Notes: a model not told the origin generated them from the letters alone. A stretch of DNA of 64,000 bases from Candidatus Moraniibacteriota bacterium (GCA_052035095.1 JBPOHW010000007.1:65705-129704), one strand, 5' to 3'; positions 10,612 to 19,973 are shown, numbered from the stretch's first letter. Numbers and translations: made by a program.

Positions 10612-12282
10612 TGTTTCACGTGAAACAATTTAAATAAAAAATCAGCAAAAACAAACGTAGCGACTCCCCTCACAAAGAAGAAAATAAACAGCATCACACG
10701 AACACGGGAAATTTTCAGCTACATCTGCAAAGAATCGCTTAGCCTCATTACGCCAAGTAGCCTGCAGTTCCATGTGGAACATTTTTATTACCGCCATTTC
10801 CACGTGGAACGTGTAAACAAGAAAAAAATAAAATAATTTCTAAAAATTAGAAATATCAATGCGCGCGAGGTATTGTAGGCTAAAAAAAAATTGTTCCACG
10901 TGAAATAAGTCAAGAACCGCCAAGACAATATGTTGAGCAAGGCCACAATCAAAAGGAAAGAAATTCCATCCTTCCTTATTTTTCATACCACTCTAAATAT
11001 AATATACTCCAAAATGTTCCACGTGGAGCATACTATTTAAAAAATTTTAAATTTTAGTAAAATTTGTTCCACATGAAACACTTAATTTAAAACAGCAAAG
11101 AAAAAGTCTCAATAGGGTGCTCTCCCTATAAACCACCCTCATCATCCTCACACGCAGAGACGCGCAGCATCCACACAAAAAGAATTTTTGACTACCAAAA
11201 AAGTACGGCTACTTGTAATAAATCAATATGCCCTACAAGTTAGCGTCAGTTCCACGCAGAACAATAAAATATCCCCGGAAAAAACTTAACTTGTTCCACG
11301 TGGAAAAATATTCTTCAAATACATGTTACTCGTGGAACACGTGTGTAAATTTCTCTAATTACTTAAAAACTTAAAAAGCATACCCTCCTTACTCTCTTAA
11401 AAACTATATACCGCGCACTATAAAACCGGACGAACAAATTCGACTCTTCGGCTTTCTTGGGAAGTTTTTAATAAAGTTAAAAGTATCGTTTCATAGTTTT
11501 TGTGGTATAAACTGACCGACCAAAAAACAGAAAAAGATAGGATAGGGAAAAATTTCTAAACCTTTCAATAAAAGGACTAAGTTTTATATCCCTTTCCACG
11601 TGGAACACGACATAGGCTCTGCATTCTATAGCAAAAAACATTAAAAAATTCCCACGTGGAACAATTGTTGTAGAGGGCATCAGTATAAAAATCGCTTCAG
11701 CTAACCTAAAAAATCCCAAGAAAGAATCGTCTTTCTTGAAAAAACCTTTGAGCAAGCACCCTCAACCACAAGAAATGCTTCACGTGGAACTTTTCTAAAT
11801 AAAGACAAACAATAAAAATGATCGGAAACGAAAATATAGGGGACATCTTTGCTTTGGTGCAATTTAAGGAGAACACAAAAAGCGCGATAAATGGCATTTC
11901 AAAAGCATCAAGCACTGTAACGGCGAATCATGCCAAAAGACCCTGCTTCAAAAAATGAGGTGCTCCTGTTCCACGTGGAAAATGATTTTCTCTACAGTGT
12001 TCCACGTGGAATAGTACTCGCTATATCTCCTTGGTTTTATCAAATGTTCTACGTGAAACATATGGAATATGCGGACAGGGAGGAACACCAAAAGCATCAG
12101 TACTTCTACCAAAGGCAGGTACCCGCTTAAAGGGTACGTTATCACCAGTAAAAAATACATTAAAAAAAGAAAAAACAACCCCGGGAGAGGTCAATTTGGA
12201 ATCAGCAATGTTCCACAAGGAACAATACCTAAAACCATTTTGGGGATTGTACACTCTCCCAAAAAATGTTCCACGTGAAAAT
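10612..12282. repeat. parS array (17 ParB-type 16-bp palindromes)
   Basis: Matches to TGTT(T/C)CACGTG(A/G)AACA start at 10612 (perfect), 10766, 10796, 10892, 11015, 11065, 11248, 11292, 11324, 11592, 11648, 11776, 11967, 11998, 12045, 12209, 12267. Confidence 0.88.
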
Positions 12283-12510
12283 TTCAAAAATTTTTTATTT
12301 CCATTCCCACTTCGAGCACTTGTAGGACGCATCTCTCGCACAAAGGGCTGAGAGCATTTATCAATGAACTGTCCCTTTCCCGAAAAGTGAGAAAGAACAT
12401 TCCGGATTTACTCTATTTTTGTTCTACAATTTCGTTCCACAATGGGGATTATAGCAACATCATAGTCTATTTCTCCATTTAAATATGGCACTTTCCAGCA
12501 ATATTATAGT

Positions 12511-12578
12511 TTGACGATCTTGTGAAACATGGTACGATACCCAAAAAGTCCACTCTTTTGTTGAAAGCTTGTGGATAA
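12511..12578 (+). promoter_or_regulatory. Promoter of the tRNA-Ala/Arg unit with downstream DnaA box
   Basis: TTGACG-16 nt-TACGAT (parS half-site gtgaaaca in the spacer); TGTGGATAA at 12570-12578. Confidence 0.5.
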
Positions 12579-12588
12579 GTCTAAAAAA

Positions 12589-12661
12589 GGGCCGTTAGCT
12601 CATTTGGTAGAGCACTTCCATGGCATGGAAGGGGTGAGGAGTTCGAATCTCCTACGGTCCA
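12589..12661 (+). tRNA. tRNA-Ala(GGC)
   Basis: GGGCCGT acceptor with G3:U70, anticodon arm cttcca-tggca-tggaag. Confidence 0.95.
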
Positions 12662-12669
12662 CTTTTTTC

Positions 12670-12741
12670 GCCCCTGTAGTTCAATGGATAGAACAGATCC
12701 GTCCTAAGGATGAGATAGAGGTTCGATTCCTCTCGGGGGCA
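12670..12741 (+). tRNA. tRNA-Arg(CCT)
   Basis: GCCCCTG...CGGGGGC-A, anticodon loop GTCCTAA. Confidence 0.92.
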
Positions 12742-12775
12742 CCGCAAAGACGAAAATCCACAAGACAAGGAACAC

Positions 12776-12819
12776 TTGATACTCTGAAAAGAAGTTGCTA
12801 TGATGCAACTTCTTTTCAG
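12776..12819 (+). promoter_or_regulatory. rbfA promoter whose -10 box lies in the loop of a 15-bp perfect inverted repeat
   Basis: TTGATA-17 nt-TATGAT; ctgaaaagaagttgc[tatgat]gcaacttcttttcag. Confidence 0.6.
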
Positions 12820-12829
12820 GGAAAAAATT

Positions 12830-13186
12830 ATGTCATCTTTACGACTCGAAAAGATAAATAGCCTCATCCGAGAAGAGCTCGGAAAACTTTTCTTAACTGA
12901 AACTAGCCTCAAAGGAGGTGTCTTTGTAACCATTGCGAAAGTGCGTGTCACACCTGACATACGAAATGCCTTCGTTTCCATCAGTGTATTTCCGGAACAC
13001 GAAACCGAATACACTCTGAAATCACTTCAAAAAGAACTTTCTAAAATTCAACAGCACCTCAATCTGCGTCTCTCCATGCGGCCGCTCCCGCGCCTCATTC
13101 TCGAAAGCGACGAGACTGAACAACAGGCGCAAGCCGTTGAGGAAGCAATCTCTGTTCTCAAAAAAGAACGCGAACCCAGACTATGA
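12830..13186 (+). CDS. rbfA: Ribosome-binding factor A
   Basis: R.EKINSLIREEL, VTI..V.VTPD, MR..P.L motifs. Confidence 0.9.
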   Translation: MSSLRLEKINSLIREELGKLFLTETSLKGGVFVTIAKVRVTPDIRNAFVSISVFPEHETEYTLKSLQKELSKIQQHLNLRLSMRPLPRLILESDETEQQAQAVEEAISVLKKEREPRL

Positions 13187-14151
13187 AACCGTTTACCGCC
13201 GAATTTCGAACGCTTCTCTACATTATTCGAAAATCACCCTCTTTTCTCCTTTTCGCGCACACGCGTCCGGACGCGGATACTGTCGGAGCAACACTGGCAC
13301 TTGCAGCCTTCCTAAAGGAAGAGGGGCGAGAGGTCGCCATCGCTTGTTTTGACCCGTTTCCGCCAAACCTTAACACCCTCTTTTCGGACACGAACGAGAC
13401 ATTCCTTCATCCAGATCAGCTCAATCTCGATCATTATGAAACCATAATCGCTTGCGACTCGGCAGACCGAGGATTTGATCGGATCGCCTCACGGCTCAAC
13501 AAAAAACAAACAACCGTCATACTTGATCATCACCCGGATATCGCAGTCTCAAGCGATCTCCTGATACTTGATTCGGGCGCTTCATCCACATGTGAAATTC
13601 TGCACAATTTCTTTGAAAAATCGGGTATCGCCATAACCAAACAGATGGCAACCGCGCTTCTTACGGGTATAATCTTTGATACCGGAAACTTCCAACACAT
13701 CTGCACCACACCACGCGTCATGGAAGTAGCGAGCGATCTCGCAAAGAAAGGCGCTCCTCTCGGGAAAATCGTCGACGCCATCTTTACCAACAAGAGCATA
13801 CCGGCGCTCCGACTCTGGGGAAAAGCTTTCGAACGCTCCGTTTTCAATGAAAAAAACGGGATGCTCCTCACAGTCATTACCGCAAAGGACGTCGAGGAAT
13901 GCAAAGCATCGATAGAAGATATCTATAATGTTACTTCAATCTTGAGCACCGTCCCTGAAGCAAAGTTTGCCATGGTCATTTCCGAGCGCGATCATGAGAC
14001 GGTACGAGCCAGCTTGCGTTCTATGGAGAATCACAACATCGATGTCTCCGCGATCGCTCATCAATTTGGCGGGGGCGGACACCGGCTCGCGAGCGGTTTT
14101 GAAATTCCCGGGGAACTGACAAAAACAGAGACCGGCTGGGTCGTGATATAA
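13183..14151 (+). CDS. nrnA: DHH/DHHA1 phosphoesterase (NrnA-like)
   Basis: HTRPDADT, ILDHH, GIIFDTGNF, SLRS, GGGGH..ASG. Confidence 0.9.
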   Translation: MKPFTAEFRTLLYIIRKSPSFLLFAHTRPDADTVGATLALAAFLKEEGREVAIACFDPFPPNLNTLFSDTNETFLHPDQLNLDHYETIIACDSADRGFDRIASRLNKKQTTVILDHHPDIAVSSDLLILDSGASSTCEILHNFFEKSGIAITKQMATALLTGIIFDTGNFQHICTTPRVMEVASDLAKKGAPLGKIVDAIFTNKSIPALRLWGKAFERSVFNEKNGMLLTVITAKDVEECKASIEDIYNVTSILSTVPEAKFAMVISERDHETVRASLRSMENHNIDVSAIAHQFGGGGHRLASGFEIPGELTKTETGWVVI

Positions 14152-14200
14152 TGCATCCGCCATTCGAAATTGTCTTTTCCACATAATATCCACAGAATCT

Positions 14201-14815
14201 ATGGGTGATGACGGAAATAGGGAAGAGAAATTGCAAGCCCTCCTCAAGCTCAACCAGGAGATGGCACGGCTATGTACCTGCAAACTCAAAGAAACGGCAA
14301 TCAATGTTGTCCCCGGCATTGGAAGCGCCTCGGCGCGACTCCTCTTTATCGGAGAAGCGCCGGGAAAAAAGGAGGATGAAACCGGAAAACCCTTCGTAGG
14401 CGCGGCAGGGAAGTTTCTCGACGAGATGCTCACATCAATCAGCCTCGATCGAAATGACATTTACATTACCAATGTCGTCAAGTACCGCCCGCCCAACAAT
14501 CGCGACCCGCTCCCGGAAGAAGTTGCCGCCTGCTGGCCATGGCTCCGCGCGCAAGTCGAACTCATTAATCCCGCGCTCATCATCCTCCTCGGACGCCACG
14601 CGCTCGAACGTTTTGTTCCCGGAAAGCTCATCTCAGTAGAACATGGCAAAGCCTTCCGTCGCGCCGTTCCCGATCTCGGTACCTATGTGTTCTTTGCCCT
14701 CTACCACCCCGCCGCCGCACTCTACAACGGCAGTATGCGAGAGACTCTCCTCAAAGACTTTGCAAAAATTCCAAAAATACTGGAAAAACTCAAAAAAGAA
14801 AAACAAGGCTTATAA
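14201..14815 (+). CDS. udg: Uracil-DNA glycosylase family 4
   Basis: IGEAPG..ED..G.PFVG.AG, TNVVKYRPP.NRDP, YHPAAALY. Confidence 0.92.
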   Translation: MGDDGNREEKLQALLKLNQEMARLCTCKLKETAINVVPGIGSASARLLFIGEAPGKKEDETGKPFVGAAGKFLDEMLTSISLDRNDIYITNVVKYRPPNNRDPLPEEVAACWPWLRAQVELINPALIILLGRHALERFVPGKLISVEHGKAFRRAVPDLGTYVFFALYHPAAALYNGSMRETLLKDFAKIPKILEKLKKEKQGL

Positions 14816-14829
14816 GCCTTGTTTTTGTG

Positions 14830-14913
14830 TGGGCAAGGAGGGACTCGAACCCTCACGTCCCAAAGGACAATGAATTTTAAGTCCATTGCGTCTACCAGTT
14901 CCGCCACTCGCCC
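14830..14913 (-). tRNA. tRNA-Leu(TAA)
   Basis: GGGCGAGTGGCGGAACTGGTAGACGC, loop CTTAAAA, long variable arm. Confidence 0.93.
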
Positions 14914-14997
14914 CGCTGTCGCAACGTTCGGCAATCAGCTGTCAGCGTTCAGCTTTCGGGGGAAAAACCACTGTTGATTGCTGAAAGCTGGAACATG

Positions 14998-15068
14998 AGG
15001 CCGGAAGGAGAATTGAACTCCTGTACGAGGTTTTGCAGACCTCTCCCTCACCACTCGGGCATCCGGCC
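14998..15068 (-). tRNA. tRNA-Cys(GCA)
   Basis: GGCCGGA acceptor, loop CTGCAAA, U73. Confidence 0.93.
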
Positions 15069-15112
15069 AATATCCGAAGACTACCAAATGCGCACAGAAG
15101 CGTCAACGAAAA

Positions 15113-15143
15113 TCAAAAACGCTCCACAGTGGGAGCGTTTTTG
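15113..15143. terminator. Terminator downstream of the 3D-domain gene
   Basis: caaaaacgctcc-acagtg-ggagcgtttttg. Confidence 0.65.
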
Positions 15144-15155
15144 AGTGTTTTGCTT

Positions 15156-15692
15156 TTATTGCACCACCTCGGCGAGGAGATTTCTCCGACCGAAAGCGAA
15201 CGCTTGTTTTTTAGTTTCCACGTATATATCGAAGTGATTGCCCTTTATGGCGCCACCGCGGTCTTCACAGGTGTACACCCCATATCCCTCAATCGCAATT
15301 TTCACTCCAAAGGGATACATCGGGGGACAGGCAAGCGTTCGATTTTCCGCTACTTTCACTCCTGACGCCGTAATACCGTCAGACTTCCCGCATTCATCCG
15401 CCGCCGCCGTATAGGCAGAAGCGTTGATGACAAATTTTTCTTCAGGAAGAGCTTTCCACAAATGCGCCTGTTTCAGCCTCCACCGCGCAAGCGATTGCTC
15501 CCGCATATCGGAAACTGATACATCTTTTTTCATCTCGAGAGTTGATTGTTCGAGAACATCGCCCCAGGTCACTAATTTTGTTTCATTTTGACCAACTTCT
15601 GTTTTGGTATCGGTATCAATCTCCGCCCGCGCCACCCCCGAAAAGCCGAGGAAAAGAAGCACAAGGAGGATCAGGGTACCAAAATACCGCAT
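15156..15692 (-). CDS. Secreted 3D-domain (double-psi beta-barrel) peptidoglycan-active protein
   Basis: Signal peptide; SAYT, DGITASG, EDRGGAIKGNHFDIY. Confidence 0.88.
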   Translation of the reverse strand: MRYFGTLILLVLLFLGFSGVARAEIDTDTKTEVGQNETKLVTWGDVLEQSTLEMKKDVSVSDMREQSLARWRLKQAHLWKALPEEKFVINASAYTAAADECGKSDGITASGVKVAENRTLACPPMYPFGVKIAIEGYGVYTCEDRGGAIKGNHFDIYVETKKQAFAFGRRNLLAEVVQ

Positions 15693-15992
15693 AGAATATC
15701 CTCAAGAATTAACCCGGATTTTCTAAGAACAAGCCTCCAAAAAGCCACATTTCCGGTGCCTCGCCCTTTCGGACTCGACTTGCCATACTAGCATAGAATA
15801 CTCAAAATGTCAATGAATCATAACGAAAAAAATAGATATTTTTGCCTTTATAGAGCCATATTTCTACACTCAAACCGCAAAAATACGCCATCTTTTGAAA
15901 GAAAGTTAGCCTATTCAAGTCAAACCACTCAAAAAGAAAACCCCCGCCAAGCTACGACGAGGGAACAGACGAAAAAATAGGGGGGTATATAA

Positions 15993-16394
15993 CTAACTCG
16001 CAAAAACTTCTCGAACGACGCCGGCGACCTTCCGCGGCGTTGTCAATGCCTTGATAAGAAAAAATCGTGTATTAAATTCACCAGCCGCCCGAAACGAGTC
16101 CTCATTATCGGTATTACTCAAAATAACCACCGGAATTCTGGAAATAGCCTTGTCCTCCGCGATCGCGCGAAGTACCGCGAAGCCGTCCATAACCGGCATT
16201 TGAAGGTCTAGCAGGATTACATCCGGATGTTCAGCACGAATGAGCGCAAGTCCCGCCTCGCCATTATCCGCCGAGACGACATCAAATCCCTCAGAGACAA
16301 GCCCCGTCGTGTACATCTCGCGGATATCATCCTCATCATCAATGAGGCACACCTTAAACCGCTGTGCAGACAATTCCGGCGCCGGATCTTTCAT
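15993..16394 (-). CDS. Single-domain response regulator (CheY-like receiver)
   Basis: IDDED, PDVILLDLQMP.MDG, FLIK. Confidence 0.9.
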   Translation of the reverse strand: MKDPAPELSAQRFKVCLIDDEDDIREMYTTGLVSEGFDVVSADNGEAGLALIRAEHPDVILLDLQMPVMDGFAVLRAIAEDKAISRIPVVILSNTDNEDSFRAAGEFNTRFFLIKALTTPRKVAGVVREVFAS

Positions 16395-16502
16395 AGGAAA
16401 GAATGTAAGAAGTTAGCTTTCGAGCACCCGCATTATACCACATTCAAATAACAGGCCTTGAAAACACTTTCAATCATTCATTCTTTGTTTTTTGTTCAAT
16501 CT

Positions 16503-17051
16503 TTACATTTTCCGCAGAATATCCGTGACGGCATTTTTGATATTCTCATTCCAGTCATGTCCAGCCGCAACTTCTCTCACGTCATAATTCTGCTCTCGTA
16601 AAATGGAGATATCTTCTTCGGTGCAAAAATAGGCATCGTGATCACCCCTGATTATGATAAGATTCTCTTTGGGAATTTTCTGAAATTCCTTAAGGATATC
16701 AAGTTTAAGCAGTTGAAGCGCCGTTCTCATATTGCCAAACCAAAAGGTGCTGGGCACAAGTTTCTTTTTGCTAATGCCTTCAAAAATAAGAAACCGTATC
16801 CAACGAAAAAACAATGACACGATTTTTCTTTTCTTAATGAGTGGATTGATAAGAATGAATCGGCACGAAGGATCAACAGTCCCGCTCAAAATAAAGTGGA
16901 CCCCCAAACTATGCCCGATAAACACCCGAGCGGTCGGAAAAACTTCCCTTTGCCCGCACCAAATATCAGCGCCGCGGTACGTGCCATAGTTTTTCACATA
17001 TTGCCCCGTCCCGGGCACCAGAAACGCCTCTTCATCCTTCACCATAACCAT
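16503..17051 (-). CDS. Alpha/beta-hydrolase-like protein
   Basis: GHSLG nucleophile elbow, RGDHD, AGHDW. Confidence 0.7.
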   Translation of the reverse strand: MVMVKDEEAFLVPGTGQYVKNYGTYRGADIWCGQREVFPTARVFIGHSLGVHFILSGTVDPSCRFILINPLIKKRKIVSLFFRWIRFLIFEGISKKKLVPSTFWFGNMRTALQLLKLDILKEFQKIPKENLIIIRGDHDAYFCTEEDISILREQNYDVREVAAGHDWNENIKNAVTDILRKM

Positions 17052-17136
17052 TTCTCACAAAATTATTCCTCATCCTCTCCACAAGTATACCAAAAAAAGA
17101 AACATCCCCACACAAATGGGGATATTTCTTTTTCTG

Positions 17137-17208
17137 AGCGGGTAACGGGAGTCGAACCCGTATCTTAACCTTAGCAAGGTTACATAATAGCCGCTATACG
17201 ATACCCGC
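17137..17208 (-). tRNA. tRNA with a glycine-type body but GCT (Ser) anticodon; probably a tRNA-Gly(GCC) variant
   Basis: GCGGGTA/TACCCGC acceptor, U73, short variable loop; anticodon arm taacc-TTGCTAA-ggtta. Confidence 0.8.
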
Positions 17209-17296
17209 TTCGCGAACATCTCAACAGAAAAAGATCCCTCCCTATATTTTCGCTCTCTTGGATTGTACAATATCCTCTCTTTTTGGCAATTCCTTG

Positions 17297-17368
17297 TGGG
17301 ACCGGCTGGATTCGGACCAGCGACCAAGAGATTATGAGTCCCCTGCTCTACCGCTGAGCTACGGTCCC
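17297..17368 (-). tRNA. tRNA(CAT), probably tRNA-Ile2 (TilS substrate)
   Basis: GGGACCG acceptor, loop CTCATAA, A73; T-loop reads GGTCCGAATCC. Confidence 0.8.
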
Positions 17369-17383
17369 TGGACGAACAAAATG

Positions 17384-17458
17384 TGGTGCCGAGGGGGAGA
17401 ATCGAACTCCCGACACGAAGATTTTCAGTCTTCTGCTCTACCACTGAGCTACCTCGGC
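17384..17458 (-). tRNA. tRNA-Phe(GAA)
   Basis: GCCGAGG acceptor, loop CTGAAAA, encoded CCA. Confidence 0.96.
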
Positions 17459-17505
17459 GGCTCCGTAACTGACAACGAACAACTATCAACTAACAACACC
17501 CCCTG

Positions 17506-17579
17506 TGGACAATGCTGGACTCGAACCAGCGACCTCCTCGGTGTAAACGAGGCGCTCTAACCAACTGAGCTAATTGTCC
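17506..17579 (-). tRNA. tRNA-Val(TAC)
   Basis: GGACAAT acceptor, loop TTTACAC. Confidence 0.95.
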
Positions 17580-17706
17580 AAAGCGTACACAAAAAAAAGA
17601 AAAGGAGCAACCCCACGGCGTCAGCATACCAGAAAAAAACAAAAAGCCAAGGGGAAATCAAAAAAAAAAAACGCCCCATGTCTCAAGGAAACATAGGGCG
17701 CATCTA

Positions 17707-18990
17707 TCAGAATACCAATCCAAGGGCTTTCGCGCCAATGTCACGGCGATAATACATCCCTTCAAACTCAATACATCGCACCGCTTCGTATGCGCGATCA
17801 AGCGCGGATTGAAGCGTTTCGCCTCTTGCGGATACACCCAACACTCGACCGCCGGACGTTTTCAGTATTCCGCCATCAAAACTCGTCCCCGCATGAAACA
17901 CAACGACACCCGGCACCTGTTCCGCCTCAGCCATGCCATAAATCGGCATACCTTTTCGGTATTTTCCGGGATAACCGCCAGAGACAATAGTCACGCACAC
18001 CGCAAAACCGGAGTACCACTCAAGGGTGAGTTTGGCGAGTGTTCCGTCAACACATGCCTCTAAAAGATCGAGCAAATCGGTTTTGAGAAAACGCATAAAA
18101 CTCTGCGCTTCAGGATCACCGAATCTCGCATTGAACTCCAATACTTTCGGTCCGTCACTTGTCATTTTAAGTCCAGGATACAACAATCCTGTAAATGACC
18201 GCTTGCGATTTGCCAGCGCTTCAAGTGTCGGTCGAACAATACGCTCGCCAAAAACCCGCAAAGTATCCACACTCACCCATGGAACAGGGACAATTGTACC
18301 CATACCGCCGGTATTTTCCCCTTTGTCGCCGTCGCATATCGATTTATGGTCTTGTGCGGGTGGAAACAAGACGAAACTCTCTCCATCGCACAATGCATGA
18401 ATGGAAATTTCTTGACCATCAAGAAATTCCTCAATAATCACTTCCTCACCCGCATTCCCATAGACACGCTCAAGCATAATTTGCGTAAGCGCACCTTCCG
18501 CTTGCGCAAATGTTTTGCAAACATACACGCCCTTACCGAGCGCGAGTCCGTTTGCCTTAATGACAATGGGTATGCCACGTTCACGCACATACGCAAGCGC
18601 TCGGTCATATTCGCTAAAATTCTGGAATGGAGCGGTCGGTATCCCAGCTTCACTCGTTAAATTTTTTGCAAATATTTTTGACGATTCAATTTCTGCAGCA
18701 ACACGAGTCGGTCCGAAAATCGACAATCCCTGTGCGCGAAACACGTCGACGATGCCAAGGGCAAGCGAATCATCAGGTCCGACAATGGTCAAATCGATCC
18801 CATTTTCCTTGGTGAATTGCAGAAGCTTGCTTATATCAGTGGCATCAATCGGAACATTTTCCGCAAAGCTCTGTGTACCGCCATTTCCCGGAGACGCGTA
18901 AAGTCTCCCGATACGAGGTGACTGCGCAAGTTTCCATACAAGTGCATGCTCTCTTCCGCCACTTCCAATAACTAAGACGTTTGTGCTCAT
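17707..18990 (-). CDS. purD: Phosphoribosylamine--glycine ligase
   Basis: VLVIGSGGREHAL, QDHK...GDKGENTGGMG, EFNARFGDPE, TSGGRVL, YRRDIG. Confidence 0.95.
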   Translation of the reverse strand: MSTNVLVIGSGGREHALVWKLAQSPRIGRLYASPGNGGTQSFAENVPIDATDISKLLQFTKENGIDLTIVGPDDSLALGIVDVFRAQGLSIFGPTRVAAEIESSKIFAKNLTSEAGIPTAPFQNFSEYDRALAYVRERGIPIVIKANGLALGKGVYVCKTFAQAEGALTQIMLERVYGNAGEEVIIEEFLDGQEISIHALCDGESFVLFPPAQDHKSICDGDKGENTGGMGTIVPVPWVSVDTLRVFGERIVRPTLEALANRKRSFTGLLYPGLKMTSDGPKVLEFNARFGDPEAQSFMRFLKTDLLDLLEACVDGTLAKLTLEWYSGFAVCVTIVSGGYPGKYRKGMPIYGMAEAEQVPGVVVFHAGTSFDGGILKTSGGRVLGVSARGETLQSALDRAYEAVRCIEFEGMYYRRDIGAKALGLVF

Positions 18991-19103
18991 TACTTTCCCC
19001 TGGGCTTGAAAGTTGCTCTTTAAAGAACTAGATTCAGTATAACTTATGCCACCAGAAAAAAACAAAAAGCCAAGGGCAAAAACCCTCGACCTTTTGTCTT
19101 TCT

Positions 19104-19190
19104 GTGGGGATAGAGGGACTCGCCCCGTCATTCGACGGGGCGCCATGTCGAATGACATGGCGAACCCTCACGCCACAAGGGTCCCCGCAC
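19104..19190 (-). pseudogene. Duplicated 3' part of tRNA-Leu(GAG), interrupted by a 40-bp double hairpin
   Basis: gtggggatagagggactcg[ins]aaccctcacgccacaaggg matches 19219-19256. Confidence 0.75.
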
Positions 19191-19216
19191 CATTTTTTTC
19201 AATTTACATTTTCTTC

Positions 19217-19301
19217 TGGTGGGGATAGAGGGACTCGAACCCTCATGCCACAAGGGCCACGCCCCTCAAACGTGTGTGTATACCAATTCCACCATATCCC
19301 C
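19217..19301 (-). tRNA. tRNA-Leu(GAG)
   Basis: GGGGATA acceptor, loop TTGAGGG, long variable arm, CCA. Confidence 0.94.
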
Positions 19302-19308
19302 ATTTTCT

Positions 19309-19764
19309 CTATTTCGCTGTTTCTTGAGCGGTTTCACTCTCGGCAACTGCGGGCTCGGCAAGGACTGAAGCGGCGGTTTTTTTGGAGGGCTTTGTAATCG
19401 TCATACCCTTGGCAGGAATTTCTTTGAGTTTGCGACTCAAGACCTTGGCAGACTTGTCGCGCACATAGTAAAGCTTGGAGCGACCGGCCTTGGTGCGCTT
19501 CACAAACTCAATCTTCTCAATCTGAGGCGAATCAACGGGAAAAATAAATTCCACTCCGACACCAAAAGACACTTTGCGCACCGTAAGCGTCGGAGACGAG
19601 CTCTGCCCGCCTTTCTTGGCAATAATCATCCCTTCGAAGATCTGCGTCCGCTCTTTGCCACCTTCTTTGATCTTGCGCGTCACACGCACGACATCACCCG
19701 TCCGAACCGGCGGAATATCGGTGCGGCGCTGGGAAAGATTGAATTCGATAAGCTTCTGATCCAT
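19309..19764 (-). CDS. rplS: 50S ribosomal protein L19
   Basis: GDVVRV..KIKEG.KERTQIFEG, TVRKVSFGVGVE, KLYYVR. Confidence 0.96.
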   Translation of the reverse strand: MDQKLIEFNLSQRRTDIPPVRTGDVVRVTRKIKEGGKERTQIFEGMIIAKKGGQSSSPTLTVRKVSFGVGVEFIFPVDSPQIEKIEFVKRTKAGRSKLYYVRDKSAKVLSRKLKEIPAKGMTITKPSKKTAASVLAEPAVAESETAQETAK

Positions 19765-19973
19765 ACTCGTGCCAAATAAGTAAAAAGGTGAGTCGAAAGA
19801 AAAACACCCCCGAAAGGGTCCTGACGCTTCGTACTTGCCACTCTAAAAGATATTTCGGATTTCGTCAATACGAGAGCATTCGGGGACAAAAACATCTCGA
19901 CAAAGAGAAAACCGTGTGATAGCATAGGGAAGCGCCGGGAAAATATTTCCCGAGATTTCTTTTGACTTCTTGT

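Noticed and set aside
10612-12282. CRISPR array
   Set aside because: Repeats are only 16 bp, degenerate and irregularly spaced (30-268 bp); no cas genes; the motif matches parS
10336-12351. Short ORFs containing FHVE/FHVKH/VPRG peptides
   Set aside because: These peptides are simply translations of the parS palindrome; no RBS and atypical composition
17173-17175. AGY-to-Gly genetic code reassignment
   Set aside because: AGC encodes conserved Ser in the Walker A motifs of ComM and PcrA, and conserved Gly positions use GGN
17707-19158. Extended 483-aa PurD N-terminus
   Set aside because: The extension runs through the promoter duplicate and tRNA remnant; homology begins at MSTNVLVIG (18990)
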